Assembly (NCBI GenBank): GCA_958009085.1
Contig: OY253673.1
Coordinates: forward strand, 806,001-870,000
Origin: Protoeuglena noctilucae
Taxonomy: Eukaryota
DNA: 64,000 nucleotides
Reading direction: 5' to 3'
Below are positions 1 through 12,300 of the stretch, piece after piece. Made by a program: the position numbers and the translations under genes. How positions within the stretch are numbered: the stretch's first letter is position 1; every line of letters begins with the position of its first letter. The notes beneath the pieces are model-generated. The model was not told the origin of the DNA and did no database searches. It was given only the letters and a program-made list of their open reading frames with translations.

Positions 1-774
1 CGTCGCGAGCCCGGTGACCCTGCGTGCCACCCCCCGCCACCATGACGAGCGAAGAGCAGCCATGCCCGGCAACCCCGTCCTCGTCGCGGGGGCGTGCGCG
101 GTGATGGGGACCCTGGTGAGATGCTCCGCCGCACGCGGTCGCGCATCCGGCCCCTCGCGTCGCGGCCTGCGCAGTAGCATGCGCAGATTCTCAGGAGATA
201 TGGCCCGCCCGCCGCACCGCGAATCGCCGCCGGCCGTCCCCGGCCGGGACATTTGGACTCATCGCGGTCGTTTGCGCTCGCGCGGCGCGCGGGAGGGGCT
301 CGGACGCGCACCGCCGGCGCGATGCTCATTGGGCGACGCCTCGGCACTTGCGCCGCAGATCCCTGCGGGCGCGGCGCTCGCGGAGGAGGCGGCGACTGCA
401 TCCGCCGGCAACGCGGCCATCTCCGCGCTGTTCGGGGCGGCCGTGGTCGTCCTTACGGTGCTGACGGGGAGCGTGGGCTACCTCACCTTCGTCAACGTGA
501 GCCGGCTCCCCGCAGCAACCTGCCTTCCCTCCATGTGGCAGGCATTGCAAGTCAGCCAGGCGCCCTGCCGCCCCGCGCGTTCAACCACCGCTGCCCTTCT
601 TCCTTGCAGTGGCAGGACAGCCGCGCTGAGAAAGAGGAGCGCCGTCGGTTCGAGCAATCGGAGAAGGACAGGCAGTACCAGCAGCAGATGGCGGCGTACA
701 AGGGCGACAAGAAGAGGGACAAGGAGAGGAAGAAGGCGACGGGGCGGGGGGGAGGGAGCGGGTTCGGGGCATGA
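1..774 (+). CDS. Small plastid-targeted single-pass membrane protein with charged C-terminal tail (5' end outside window)
   Basis: Exons <1..115, 359..496 and 610..774 join in phase 0 at GT-AG sites. Transit-like N-terminus (VASPVTLRATPR), then a TM helix (AISALFGAAVVVLTVLTGSVGYLTFV), then WQDSRAEKEERRRFEQ...GSGFGA*. Confidence 0.65.
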
Positions 775-1288
775 GGCCAGAGGGCCGGATGTATTGTCAC
801 CCCACGCCACCCCACGTTTAGGCCCACACACGTCGTCACGTGTAGGAGCGTCGATCGACGCGGGAACGGAGCAATCGACGCTCCCGTCGCCCCGCCTGGG
901 AGGTCCCAGGATCGATTCCTTTCTGTTTCGAACATCCGTGTCCGAGCGCGGGCGCCGGAGAGCCGAGGGCCGCCCTGGGCGGCATCGGCCCCCGGCCTGC
1001 GTCGCTGGTAGCAGGCGCGGCGCTGTCCGCCGCCTTCCACTTCCCTTCGCTACCCTCTCTGCATGATGACGCGTCCGGCGCGGGCCGAGCAGGCTCTGCT
1101 GCCGGCCTTTTCCCCCTTTCCCTTGGCCAGTCCTGGCTAAGATGCGCTTTGGCGCCCGTTTGTGCCAGTCACTGCCCTGCTTCGAGCCGCGTCGAGGCCG
1201 ATCTCGACTCGCTCGGCGAGCCTAGGGCCACCCCTATGAACAACAAGAATGGCGGTGTGACAAAACGTGCTTCACCGAGGCATCGCGC

Positions 1289-3172
1289 TCAGGACGCCGG
1301 GGCAAGCTCCAGTGCCCGCGCCTGCGCCCCGTACGACGTCGCGTTGTCGACGTGCCTGCCCCCCAGCCACTCCAGGCCCTTGCCCGTGGCACGGGGCGTC
1401 AGGCCCAAACTCGCTAGGTACTCTGGCGAGTGGAATTTGCTCAGGTGGCGGTGACCGCCGTCGCACAGCACGGTGACGATCACGTGGCCGGGGCCGAGAT
1501 CCCTTGCCAGCTTGGCAGCACCCACTGCAGATGGGAGGCGCGAGGCGGGATCGCCGTGGCGCGTCGGCTGCCGCTACGCTGCAGCAGCTTGCGGGCAAGC
1601 CACTCGCCGCAGTTCATCGCGGCGCTCGACCCTAGGAAGAGCCCGTCGTTGCGCATCAGGTAGGCCGCCATCTCCACGCACTCCTGGTCGGTGCCTCGGA
1701 ACGCCCCGTCAATCAGTGCGGTGGCGAAGTTGGCCGTGAGCCGGTTCAGGCCGATGCCCTCGGTGACGGTATCGAAGGGGTTGCGCAGACGGCGCCCCTC
1801 CGCCTCCACCGGTGCGTACAACACCCCTCGCTCGACCTGCGTGCGCAGTTGTCGCAGCCGTACCGTCGACACGCCCGCCCGTTGCCATGCAGCTCACTTG
1901 GGCAAGGCTCGCACGCACCTTGTTGTACAGACTGCTCCCCGGCGGGTCGACCAGGTAAACCCCGATGCGGGGGTCCAGGGCCTTCAGTGCCCGTGAAACG
2001 CCCGCCAGGGTCCCGCCCGTGCCTGCGCCGCATATGAAGGCGTCCAGGCGCCCCCCGGTCTGCTCCCAAATCTCCCGCCCCGTGTCGTGGTGTGCCCGGG
2101 CGTTTGCCAGGTTCTCAAACTGATCGGCAAAGACCGCACCAGGGAGCTCCGCCGCCCGGCGCTGCGGTCGGTGGGCAGGAGGGGGCGCCGTCGCAGGCGC
2201 CCAGAGACGATACACGGCTGAAATGGCCGTGACGGCAGCGCTCAGCTGCGAGCCATTGTGAACGCCACCCTGTGCCCTAAGCTCAGGTCAGAGTGACCCG
2301 GCTGACACTTGCCCCCGCACCTTTGCCACGTTGACGAAGTGGTCCGGGTGCGCGATGGATACGGGACGGAGTCGCTCGACCGTGGCCCCCAGCGCCATGA
2401 GCATGCGCGCCTTCTCCACGGCAGCGTCGTCCGGCATGCACACGTGGCACCGCACGCCCACGGCGGGTGCGACGGTGGCCAGCGAGACGCCGGTGCTGCC
2501 TGCCGTGCCCTCCGTGATCGTGCCGCCGGCTCTGAGGACCAGGGCGCGGATGCGAGCCCGTCGCTATCCGGCCAAAGACTAGGTGTCGCACCGAGGAGTG
2601 CAGCGGGCCGTGCCTGAGCGCTCCCGACGCCAAGGCCTCTTGCAGAATCCGCAGCGCCACGCGGTCTTTCACCGAACCCCCCGGGTTCAGGAACTCGGTC
2701 TTGCCCAGGATGTCGCAGCCTGTGGCCTCAGACAGCGACCGGATGCGCACCAGCGGCGTGCGACCGATGAGCCCCTGCGGCACATGGCGGGGCGCGACAT
2801 CGCCGCGCGGGCATGCCATGCATGTACTGACGTCAACGCACGCCACCGCATCGCCACCTCCAGCCCATCGACGATCCCTGGGCCCCAACAACTCGAGGAG
2901 GCGTCTGTGCCACTGTCCGCGCGCTTCTGGCCGCCCCCAGGCTCCGTTGCGCTGGTTCCCGAGTGACGCTTGGCAACTCCGAACGCCGCGCACGCCAACA
3001 ACACGCCGCAAGCGGCGACTGCGGAGCGGGAGAAGGGTGGACGATGGACGGAGCCTGCCATGGCCCAATGTCCGCGTTTCCCCATCGCCGCGCTTGAAGC
3101 ATGGTGTTCACCACTCGCTCCGACGATCGCGCCGCTCAACCAGTCCCTTCCCGCAGCCCTTGCTTCGGCCAT
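1289..3172 (-). CDS. Cysteine synthase-like PLP enzyme (MCY1/Cys2-type, N-terminal hydrophobic anchor)
   Basis: Spliced motifs IGRTPLVRI, EFLNPGGSVKDR (PLP lysine), EGTAGSTG, ADQFENLAN, GAGTGGT, DTVTEGIG, GLFLGSS and TVLCDGG.RHLSKF. Hydrophobic N-terminal segment present. Confidence 0.9.
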
Positions 3173-3749
3173 CGTCTGCGGCGGCCTTCAGCAGCCTGCA
3201 ACCCCGCCTTCATGCTCTCAAAACCTGCGCGGCACCGCGCCGAGCGACTGACGTCTCCGAAAGACGGGCCGTGGGTCGTTGCTGCGCCATGGGACGCCCG
3301 AAGTTGACGTCATTGCCAGTCAGCGCCATGAAACCCTCAAATGGGTGGCCCATGGGCGCTCCCCTGGCTGTTCCGCATTCATCCTGACGCAGTGCCCAGT
3401 CCGGGTCGCCCTACATCGTCCACACGGTGAGCGTGCCGGGGGTGCCGGCGCCAACCTCGTCGCGCCATCGCAGTTGAGGCTTTCTGCGCGGGACCGAGGG
3501 CGATTTCGTCGAATTTATGGCTTTTGGGCTTCAATGTAGCATGACAGCCAGCGCCGGATGTCCCTGCGACGCGGCCCGGGCCCGCGGGACTTCGATGCCT
3601 GCCCCCCGCGGCTCGGCGCGACGGCCACCGATGCGCGTCTGCTTTGCATGCGTTGACGCTTGTGCGTGCATTTAATGGTCACACTGCTCACGAGAGCGCC
3701 CATCTCGCTCAGGAGAAGCGCATCGCATCGCTCGCAGGTGCTCGCAACC

Positions 3750-4517
3750 ATGACGCGCTCCCAGATCGCCTTCGCCGCGCTGGCCCTGATCCTCGGGTGA
3801 GCCGACGACTGCAGATGTACTGTGTCCACTAGCAGCGCGTGGCGAGCCAGCAGGCGTGGATCCATGCGTCGCCTTGCGTCCCGCAGGGTGTCGGCGGGTG
3901 CCTACGCCTCCACCGGCACGGAGACCCCGGCCGCGCCCGTGGACACGCCCGCCGCGACCGTCATGGCCACCCCCGCCGCCACCATGGCCGGGGCCACCAT
4001 GCCGATGGACACGCCCATGGCCGGGGCCACGGTCACGCCGACCATGACCCCGACCATGACGACCGGGACGATGGCGACGCCGATGAGCACGACGGCGGCG
4101 GGTGCCACGGGCGCCGCGCCCGAGTCCATGGCGACCGGGCCGTCCACCCCGATCTCCTGCGGGAGCACAGGCACGCCACTCTGGGCCGAGATTGTCATGC
4201 AAACTTTTCCTGCACCAGGACACGCACTAATCCGTGCTAACCCACCCCGTCCCCCCCCCCCCCTTTTTTCCAGGGACCCCTTATACCGTTCAGCCCGGCG
4301 AAGGTCTCGCGCAGATCGCTGCGGCCAACAACACCACGGGTGCGTCGCGTCCGCGCGTTGCGTCCGTGCGCGCCGCGTGGCCCGGGGCCTGGTACGGGGC
4401 TAACACCCCTCTCCGCCTGTCTTCGCAGTGTCCGGCATCCTCGCCAACAACCCGCAGATCACCAACCCGGCCACCCAGGTCGTGCCCGGCCTGCAGATCT
4501 GTCTGCCCAACCACTGA
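3750..4517 (+). CDS. Secreted Thr/Met/Pro-rich mucin-like protein with C-terminal LysM domain
   Basis: Exons 3750-3796, 3887-4170, 4274-4339 and 4429-4517 splice in frame. Signal peptide MTRSQIAFAALALILGVSAGAYA; LysM YTVQPGEGLAQIAAANNTTVSGILANNPQITNPATQVVPGLQICLP. Confidence 0.85.
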
Positions 4518-4907
4518 GCATGGCACAGCAGCGCACAGCAGTGCAAGCTGGGCTAGAGCTCTAGGGTGCCATCCCATCGTAGCCGTCGTTCGTTGAATGG
4601 CGGCTCACCTCCCGTACGGTCGATCTGTGCACGTCAATGCCAGCCAGCCACCCAGCTGCGCTGCCCCCGCGTCTGGCAGCGTATGGCAGCGCCAGAAAAC
4701 GCAGCCCAGGGCGGGGGCCGCTCGATTTTCACCCGGCCTGGCCTCCTCACCGGCTCACACACGTGCTCGGAGGAACAAACGACTCGCCCGGGGGCTTTGC
4801 AATCCACTGCCTGTGCGTGTCACGTGGCCTAGCCAGTCTCGCTCCCGGAGCAGCTAGCTCGTAACATCAGGCTCAACCGCTGCGCAGCGTGCTGCGGGAA
4901 GCAAGAC

Positions 4908-5873
4908 ATGGGGCGGAGATGCGGGGCTCAGCGACGGGCGTGAACAGGTTCCGGGGCGCTCAGTGTCGCGAGCCACGCTTCGAACATGGCTGCCCTCCTG
5001 CGCGCGGGCGACGGCCCTTGGCGTCCCGCGCAGGAACGCGGGGTTTGCGGATCACGCGTCGCTTCCCGTGGACGACGAGAAGATCCTGGACGTGGTCTCG
5101 CGGCGCGTGGACGACCTGCTGACGTTCCAGGCAAGTGTGTGCACCCGCTTTCCGCCCTTTGCGACGCCCTTTTCTCCCCCGCTGCGGTCTCATTTACGAA
5201 CTATGTTTTGAGTCCTTTCCGCGCAGCACCTGGAGAACGTCAAGAACCAGCGGCACGAGCTGCTGGGCCGCATCGAGGAGCTGAAGGGGGAGCTGAAGCA
5301 CTGGCGGGACAAGCTGGCCCGGCAGCTGCGGTGGGTGACGCGCCGCTTGTAGCTGAGAAGCGCGGGAGGCAGGCCTCGCTGCCCACCCGCCTCGGCTCCG
5401 GCTCCCTGCAGGCAGCACGACGCGGAGCTGCACGAGCTGCAGGACGGGCTGCAGCACGAGGTGGACCGTCTCAAGGTGGAGTTTCAGGACATCAAAACCA
5501 TTCTCGGGGAGCAGCTGGAGAAGGCGGGGGAGTACAACGCGCATCTGATGAACCTACGTGATAAGAAGGATGTCCGCATGGCCGACGCTGCGGACGAGCA
5601 CTTCCGGTGCGCGAGGGGCTGTGCTGGCGACGGCAGGTTGCGTGCAGTGGTGTGCAGCGAGAGATCGTGAGCCGTCTTGTTGCACCCAGGGCGGCCAAGT
5701 ACGTGCGGCGGAGGCGGGGGTCGGAGGACGAGGTGGAGGAGCGCCGCAGCGAGTCGGGGCGCGGGTCGGACGGGGACATGCGGGGTAGCTGGCTGAACGC
5801 CGCGGGCGGTGGGGACGACACGGGGGATGAGGGCCCCGGCGGGGCGTTGGGGGATGGGCTTGGCGAGGGCTGA
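4908..5873 (+). CDS. Small coiled-coil protein of unknown function (5' exon uncertain)
   Basis: Exons read VDDEKILDVVSRRVDDLLTFQ|HLENVKNQRHELLGRIEELKGELKHWRDKLARQL|QHDAELHELQDGLQHEVDRLKVEFQDIK...; heptad pattern and acidic tail. Confidence 0.7.
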
Positions 5874-5989
5874 CTGACGTGTCACGGGCGGTGTTGAAGA
5901 AAACAGGACACAAGGGAATGCCACAGCCGCACTGGCCGCAGCATATATGGTATATGCTACCGCTGCACCTGCCCCGCCCCTTTCTGTCA

Positions 5990-6575
5990 TCACTTGAGGG
6001 CCCACTGGAGCCCCTGCAGCGTCATGCGGATGAACTCGTCGATGTTGATTCGCCCGTCGTGGTCCGTGTCCACGTCCCGCATCACCTCCTCGAACTGCTC
6101 GTCCGTCAGTCGGTCCTGGCCCATCATGGTCAGAACGCGGCGGAACTCGTCCCGCTCCAGGAAGCCCGAGCCGTCCTTGTCGAACCGCCGGAACGCCTCC
6201 CGCATCTTTTGCTCGGGTCCGCTGCCGCTGTCCAGGTCGTGTCGGATCTTGCCCACCATGCTTTGCAGGAACTCGAGGTACTGCTCGAACGTAACTGCGT
6301 GCGTGGGTGAGCCAGCGTGTTTGTTGTGCAGCTGTCGCACAAGAGCACCTACAGGTCTCTGTGCGCAGCATCTACCCCCCACCTCCTCCGCCATCCTTAA
6401 CGTTGAGCGCCTTCATGACGCCCTCCACGTCTGCCTTGGACGGGTTGAGTCCGGCCGCCCGCAAGACATCGGCCAGCTCGTCCGCCTCAATCAGACCGGT
6501 CCCGTTCGTGTCGAAGATGTCGAAGGCGGTCTTGATCACCTCCCGGGACTCGTCGTCAAACTCAAAGCTCGGCAT
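5990..6575 (-). CDS. Calmodulin-like EF-hand protein
   Basis: Exons 6575-6383 and 6294-5990. EF loops DTNGTGLIEADE, DKDGSGFLERDE and DTDHDGRINIDE; EF2 is degenerate (NVKDGGGVTFEQ). Confidence 0.9.
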
Positions 6576-7159
6576 TGCGGGCGTAGGGACGCCGCAGCCC
6601 AGCCGGTGGCCTGGAAGTCCCTGCGTGGGCGGCAACAGAGGGAATGCAAAGACAGACAACCGAGCATTATTTCCTGAGGACTAAGACCCCGCGTTGGAGC
6701 GCAGAGCCCAGGTACAAAGGTTAGCATGCGAACACCCCGGCCTCCGCGGACCGCAAGGCACAGCCCGACCAGGACGCGACCAACCTGCTTCTGTCAACGC
6801 GAAGTTCACGGCAGGGGATGCCTGAGCTTTCCTCGTGACTGCACGAGTACTATGAGATCTCTTCCAAGCAAGTCACACGCGGTGTCTATCTCTCAATGCT
6901 GTGGCGCTCCCTTTCGCGAGCTCTACTGGACGCGAAATCCTCCTGCACTCCAGCCTAACTGGGCGAGGGGCTGTCACACAGCGGTCAGGTCCTGACGTGC
7001 GTCATGACAAGAAAGCCATGCTGCATTGGAGTGTCCCGGAGAGCTCCTGTATGCTTTGAATTCCAGCTTCCCCTCCGCGTAACAGCGCCGTTCAGACCTC
7101 AGCGCTGCCTGCGCTCGCGCGCGTCGGTCCCCCGGCCTGCTGGCGGCCACCACGCCGCG

Positions 7160-9225
7160 ATGGTGGAGCAGCAGGTCGCGCTGGTCCTCTCCCGGGAGCC
7201 GGAGGGCCGTGTCCTGGCCGTGGACATGCACACGGGCGCCGCCGTGACCACGTACAAGGGGTGCTGCTCAGGTCCGCGGTGCATGGCCCTGGTGGGGGAA
7301 GACCAGTTTGCCGCGGCTCAGAGCGACAAGCGTGCGATCATGGTGTGGGCATGGCACAAGGACACGCCCGTGTCGCGGTCGTTCACGGCCGAGCCCGTCG
7401 CCGCGCTGGCCGCCACGCCGTGCGGCACGATGCTGGCCGCCGGGGGAGCCTCGGGCTTCCTCTACCTGTGGGAGACGTCCACCGGTCAGCTCTTGAGGTA
7501 AGCGTCCAGCAGCCCGGAGCTGGGCGTCCTCCGGCCTCGCAGCTCTTCGCCGGCCGCCCTTTGCTGACCGCCTCCCTCCGGCGGTCACGCGGCCCCGTCT
7601 CGTGGACCGCAGGCAATGGCCCGCGCATTACAAATCTGTCTCATGTCTCCGCGTGTCGTCGTGCGGGCATTTCCTCATATCTGGCGGCGAGGACACCCAG
7701 ACGCACGTCTGGGCACTGCTCGACGTGCTGGATCCCGCCACGCCGGAGTCGCAGGCGCCGCAGCCGCACTGGTCGCACTCAGAGCATACGCTCTTCGTTG
7801 CGGACATCGCGGTGGGCGCCCCGGGCCCCGCCGCGCTGTTCGTGACCTGCGCAGGGGACGCGCAGTTCGCGGTCTGCTCCCTCGGCTTCTGCGAAGTCCT
7901 CCGGTGAGCGCAGAGTCTGGATGCGAGACCTTGAGCTGTCGCTAAACCTGCCTGCCCCCTCGGATGGGCCACTCCCGCCCTGCGTATCTGCCTGCAGGAA
8001 GGGCACGCTGCCGGGGGCCGCCACGTGCGCTGCCCTGGACCCATTTGAGCACGCGGTCTACTTTGGCTCCGAGGACGGCTCCGTGTACTTCGTCGACCTC
8101 CTCACCGGGACCCCGGCGCCGCAGCTCGAGGTCCGCCGCGCGCCACCGTTGCTGTGCTTGCGTTGATGCCCTATGCCCATGCGGGCCGGCCATCAGCAGC
8201 AGCACTGCGCGGCTGACCTGCGCACATCTCCATTCCACCTTCCGCAGGCGGGCAGCGACCGTGCGGACGCGACCGCGGTGCGTGTCCACAAGCAGCGCGT
8301 CAACAGCGTCGCTGTCAGCACGGACGGGTGCTTCCTCGTCACCGGCTCCGACGACGGAACCATGCGCATCGTCGGCGAGTCCCGCTGCCTCGCTTCCATG
8401 TTCTTTGCCCGCGTGCACACCCATGCAAAGCGCCACCCCACCCATCGCCACCGCACCGACCTCGGCCAGCACCAAGCCTGCCCTGCAAACGCCCCTCCCG
8501 CAGACATCCAGAGCCGGCAGGTCCTCCGCGACGTGGCGCACCCGTCCCGTGCGGCCGTGACCCACGTGGCCTGCATCGACAGGCCTCTGTTCATGATCAG
8601 CGCGGGTACCGAGAAGGACGGCACGACCAGGATGCCCTCCCCCCTCGCCCACGCCCCCTCCCTCGCCGCGAGCCGCCGCGGGCCTCGGCGGTCCGTCCCC
8701 GTGGCGCCCTTGGCCAAGTTCTTAGGCCCTGTTTCTGGCTCCCAGCCCTGGGAGGGTCCGCTGGCGATGCTGGGGTCCAGGGAGGCGGCGCATGGTGACC
8801 CCTCGCCGCTCGTGAAGGCCGGGGTTCTGCGCGGCGCATCGGGGGGAGTGGAGATGATCGGGGGTGCTGGGGCGAGCGGGAGTGGGCAAGCGAGGGACCG
8901 ACTGGTGGAGGTCGAAGGGCAGGTGGAGGCGCTGCGGGAGGTGAGGGGCTGCGGGGAGGCTTGGGTGGTTGGGCTGGTCCATACTATGGACATGCGCTGT
9001 GGAGCGCGCTTGGGCTGGCAGTCCTCTCAGCGGTACTAGTGGGGTGAGGCGATGTGCATTGTGCCACTCGATGCTACTCATGGGATGGCGTCCATGCACC
9101 TTCAGGAGCTGGCAAGGGCGACGCATGCGGCCGAGCAGTGGAGGAGCCAGCATGCAGAGCTGCACGCCTTCTGCGTCGAGGCTGTCCTGGCCCAAAGAGG
9201 GTCCGCGCGGTCGGGCAAGGGGTAG
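7160..9225 (+). CDS. RID3: WD40 protein of the WDR18/Ipi3/ROOT INITIATION DEFECTIVE 3 family (Rix1 complex)
   Basis: Six exons with WD repeats: AAGGASGFLYLWETSTGQLLR.WPAHYKSVSCL, LISGGED..HVW, HSEHTLFVADI, HKQRVNSVAVSTDGCFLVTGSDDG. Short C-terminal coiled coil. Confidence 0.8.
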
Positions 9226-9368
9226 CTGAGAGGGCAGCGCCTGTTTGGGTAAATGATGCTAGCGGGCGGGTGTAGCGCGGTGTACGTCCGCAGCTCCTCT
9301 TCAAGACCCGTGTCACTGAACACGCTATCATTGGCTAGATAACCAAGCCACTGCATCCATATATCCAG

Positions 9369-12300
9369 TCACTCGTACGAGACGTCTAACTCCGCCCCTC
9401 CTTCCCCGTCGCCATCCATCCAACCCACGCCCTCGTCGTCCGCATCCGACCCCGCGCCAGCAGTCGAGAGCCGCGCTGACCCAGCACTAGGCCTGACTGG
9501 CGCCTGTACAGCGCCCCAGGTGGCCCCCAGGGCCCCCCGGGTCGACCCCGGCAGGGACCGATCCCTCGCTGACCCGCTCCCCGACGCTGCGTCCCACCCA
9601 GCCACGTCACTCGAGAAGCGCGGGGCAGAGGCCGCCGGCACACCGCGGCCGCCCGAGCTGCGCGCTCCAGACGAGCTGGGCGGCGGCGATGGCGTGCCGC
9701 TGTGCGCCGTGCTGCGCCATGCGCCGCTCCCGGGCCCAGCCGCAGCCACCGCGGCCGACCCGGCACCCGACCCCCGCCCAGCAAGGCGCTCGCTCGTGGC
9801 CCTCCCAGCTCCACTGCGCTCATCCGCACCCTCATAATCTCCCTCCACACCGTCATAGTCCCCATGGCCGCGCCTCCCATCCGTGCCTGGGCCAGACTCT
9901 TCGTCCATCGACGTGCCGGCGCTGTCTGACGGGACCATCGCGGGGTCAAGCCGCACCGACTCCAGCACGTTCTCCCATATCGTGCCGTGGGCGGAGTTCG
10001 ACGGCCCGGCACCCAACGCAGGACGCATGCTGGCGCCCCGCCCGGCGCCCGGTGCTGCGTTTGTGCCAACACCGGGATCATCGTCCGCATCCGCGTGCCC
10101 CGTCCGCCCCAGCGCGCTGTCGTGCGACCGCAGCAGGCCCGCGATGAGCGCCTTCAGCTCCGCGCTGCCGGAGAGGGGCTTGGTGTCGTGGTCATCCCAG
10201 AGCACAGGGCCGCTCAGGTGCACGGCCTGGGCCAGCAGCGACGAGATCTGCCGCTCCAGCCGCGCCGCGTGGCGCTCGAGCTCGTCGTCCTCGTCCTGGG
10301 CAAAGGCACAGTGCAGGGCACGTGGGTTAGTCAGCAAAAAGCAGGGAACACGCTCTGCATAGGCCCGGTGCTTGTGACCAAGTCAACGCCCCCTCACCTC
10401 GTCCCGCCTGGCGCGGATGACGTCGACAGGCGCTTCCGGTGCCCAGCCTGTGCGCCCCGCATCCCCCGGCCTCCGCGACTCCCCGCGCCCTGCGCCGTCT
10501 CGCCCCTGGCCACCCCCGCTGCGTCCCCGGGCCCCCCGGCTGGCAACCAGGTCCCGCAGCCTCTCCAGCTCCCGTCGCGCACGTACTACCTCCTCCTCAC
10601 GCAGCCGCTGTGGAGCGAGGGGCAGCGAGGCAAACTTTAGGTGTTTGATATCCTTGCACATCATCACTAATCCCAACATACGGCACCTACTGCCACCCAC
10701 ATAGCTCTCGCTGACACGCCCGCCACGAGTGTCACCCACACCCATGCCCATCGCCCTCGCCCCTCACCTCCGCCGTGGCCGACCCCTCCACGACCCGCTC
10801 CAGCCGCGCCGCGTCCTTCCTCGACTCCTGCAGCTCCTGCTCCGCCCTGGCCAGCGCCTCCATCACTCGCTCTAGTTCGGATTGCATCCCCGCCACGTGC
10901 CGCCCCAGCGCCGCCACAGCCCCGGAGTCCTCTCCCGCGCTCGCGCCGCGCTGACCGCCGGAGACGGGCGCGGTGGGTCCCGGCGCGCCGTCGCCGTCGA
11001 GGGGGATGCCCAGCAAGGACAGCCGCACGCGCATGGGGTGGTCCAAACGGGCACGCTCGTGGGCCAGGGCGTCATGCGACCCGGCATGCTCACGCGCTGC
11101 CTGACCCGCGGCCCCGGGGGCTTGGGCCTGCTGCCCGTCCCTCACTGTTCGTGGCTCAAGGGGCTGCGGTCGGGGCTGGGGCTGAGACCCCTCACTGCCG
11201 CCGCCAGCCCCGCTCACGCCCGCTCGGCGATCCACACCGGTCTGTCCCACGTGTGCAGGTCCGCGCTGCAAGCCGCCATCCCCCGGCGGCACCCGATCCG
11301 AGCTGCGTCCGCGGCCCCCGTCCCCCGCAAACTTGGCCGCAAGGAACACCGGGGAGGTGTCGAGCAGGAGGCGCTGCTGCTCCGCGACGATCTCGCGCAG
11401 GATCGCCGCCCTGCGCCGCTCCCTCTGCAGCTCGGACGTCAGCTCTGCGGCCGCCTCCCCGCCGGATCTGCGATCAGTGGCGAGCCCAAGCGCATGTCAG
11501 TGTTAGCGCCAAACACCCCACAAACACCGGGCGCCTGTCAGCAACCCCGCCTCTGTCCCCCAACACACCTTTACTGGCACCCTCTGCCACTCAGCACATG
11601 CCCTCATGCCCTCTCACCTAAGCGCCTCCTCCAGCCTCGCTTCCAACCCCCCCAGCCGCCCCAGCACGCGGTCCAGCTCTCCCTGCTGCCGCGCCGTGAG
11701 CTCCTCCAGAGCCCGCACCCCCTCCCAGTCACTCCCCGCTTCCACCATCTGTACGCGCCCGCTCAGCTCCCCGCCCTGCATGTCCGGCACCCCCGTCTCT
11801 CCCTCGCTCGTCGCACCACCCGGCAACGCCTCGCCCATTCGGTCACTGGCAGCAGTTGAAACCCTGCCTGCCTCCGGACCGCCAACAGAGGGGCCACCCG
11901 CACTGCTCGGGCGCACACTGGCGACGTCTCGAGACGGCGGTCGGCTGACCCCCGCCGCGCTCCCGCTCCCGTGCGACGCCCCGCTCGCAGCCGGCGCTTG
12001 TACCGCAGCACCCCCCGCATCGCTCCGCTCTGCCCAACCTCCCTCGCCCGCCTCGCCCGTCACACCATGGAACCCTCCCCACGCATCGCGCGTGACTGCG
12101 CCACCCCACGCGCCGCTGTCTGTGTGCCATGGCCTCCTCGCCATTATAGCACCTGAGGATCCAAGGCCGGCCCGTGGCTGAGCCACAGGCGCAGATATCT
12201 TGGCACGGAGCCCGGCACCGGTCGCCTGCCCTCGCGGCGGCAGCCCCGCCGGTCCGCCTCTGGGCGTCGTGTTGCCACCCTCTCGGCCCCCGCCCGCACT

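Noticed and set aside
1060..1110. ATGATGA box-C-like motifs here and near 40164
   Set aside because: No suitably placed CTGA box D or terminal stem.
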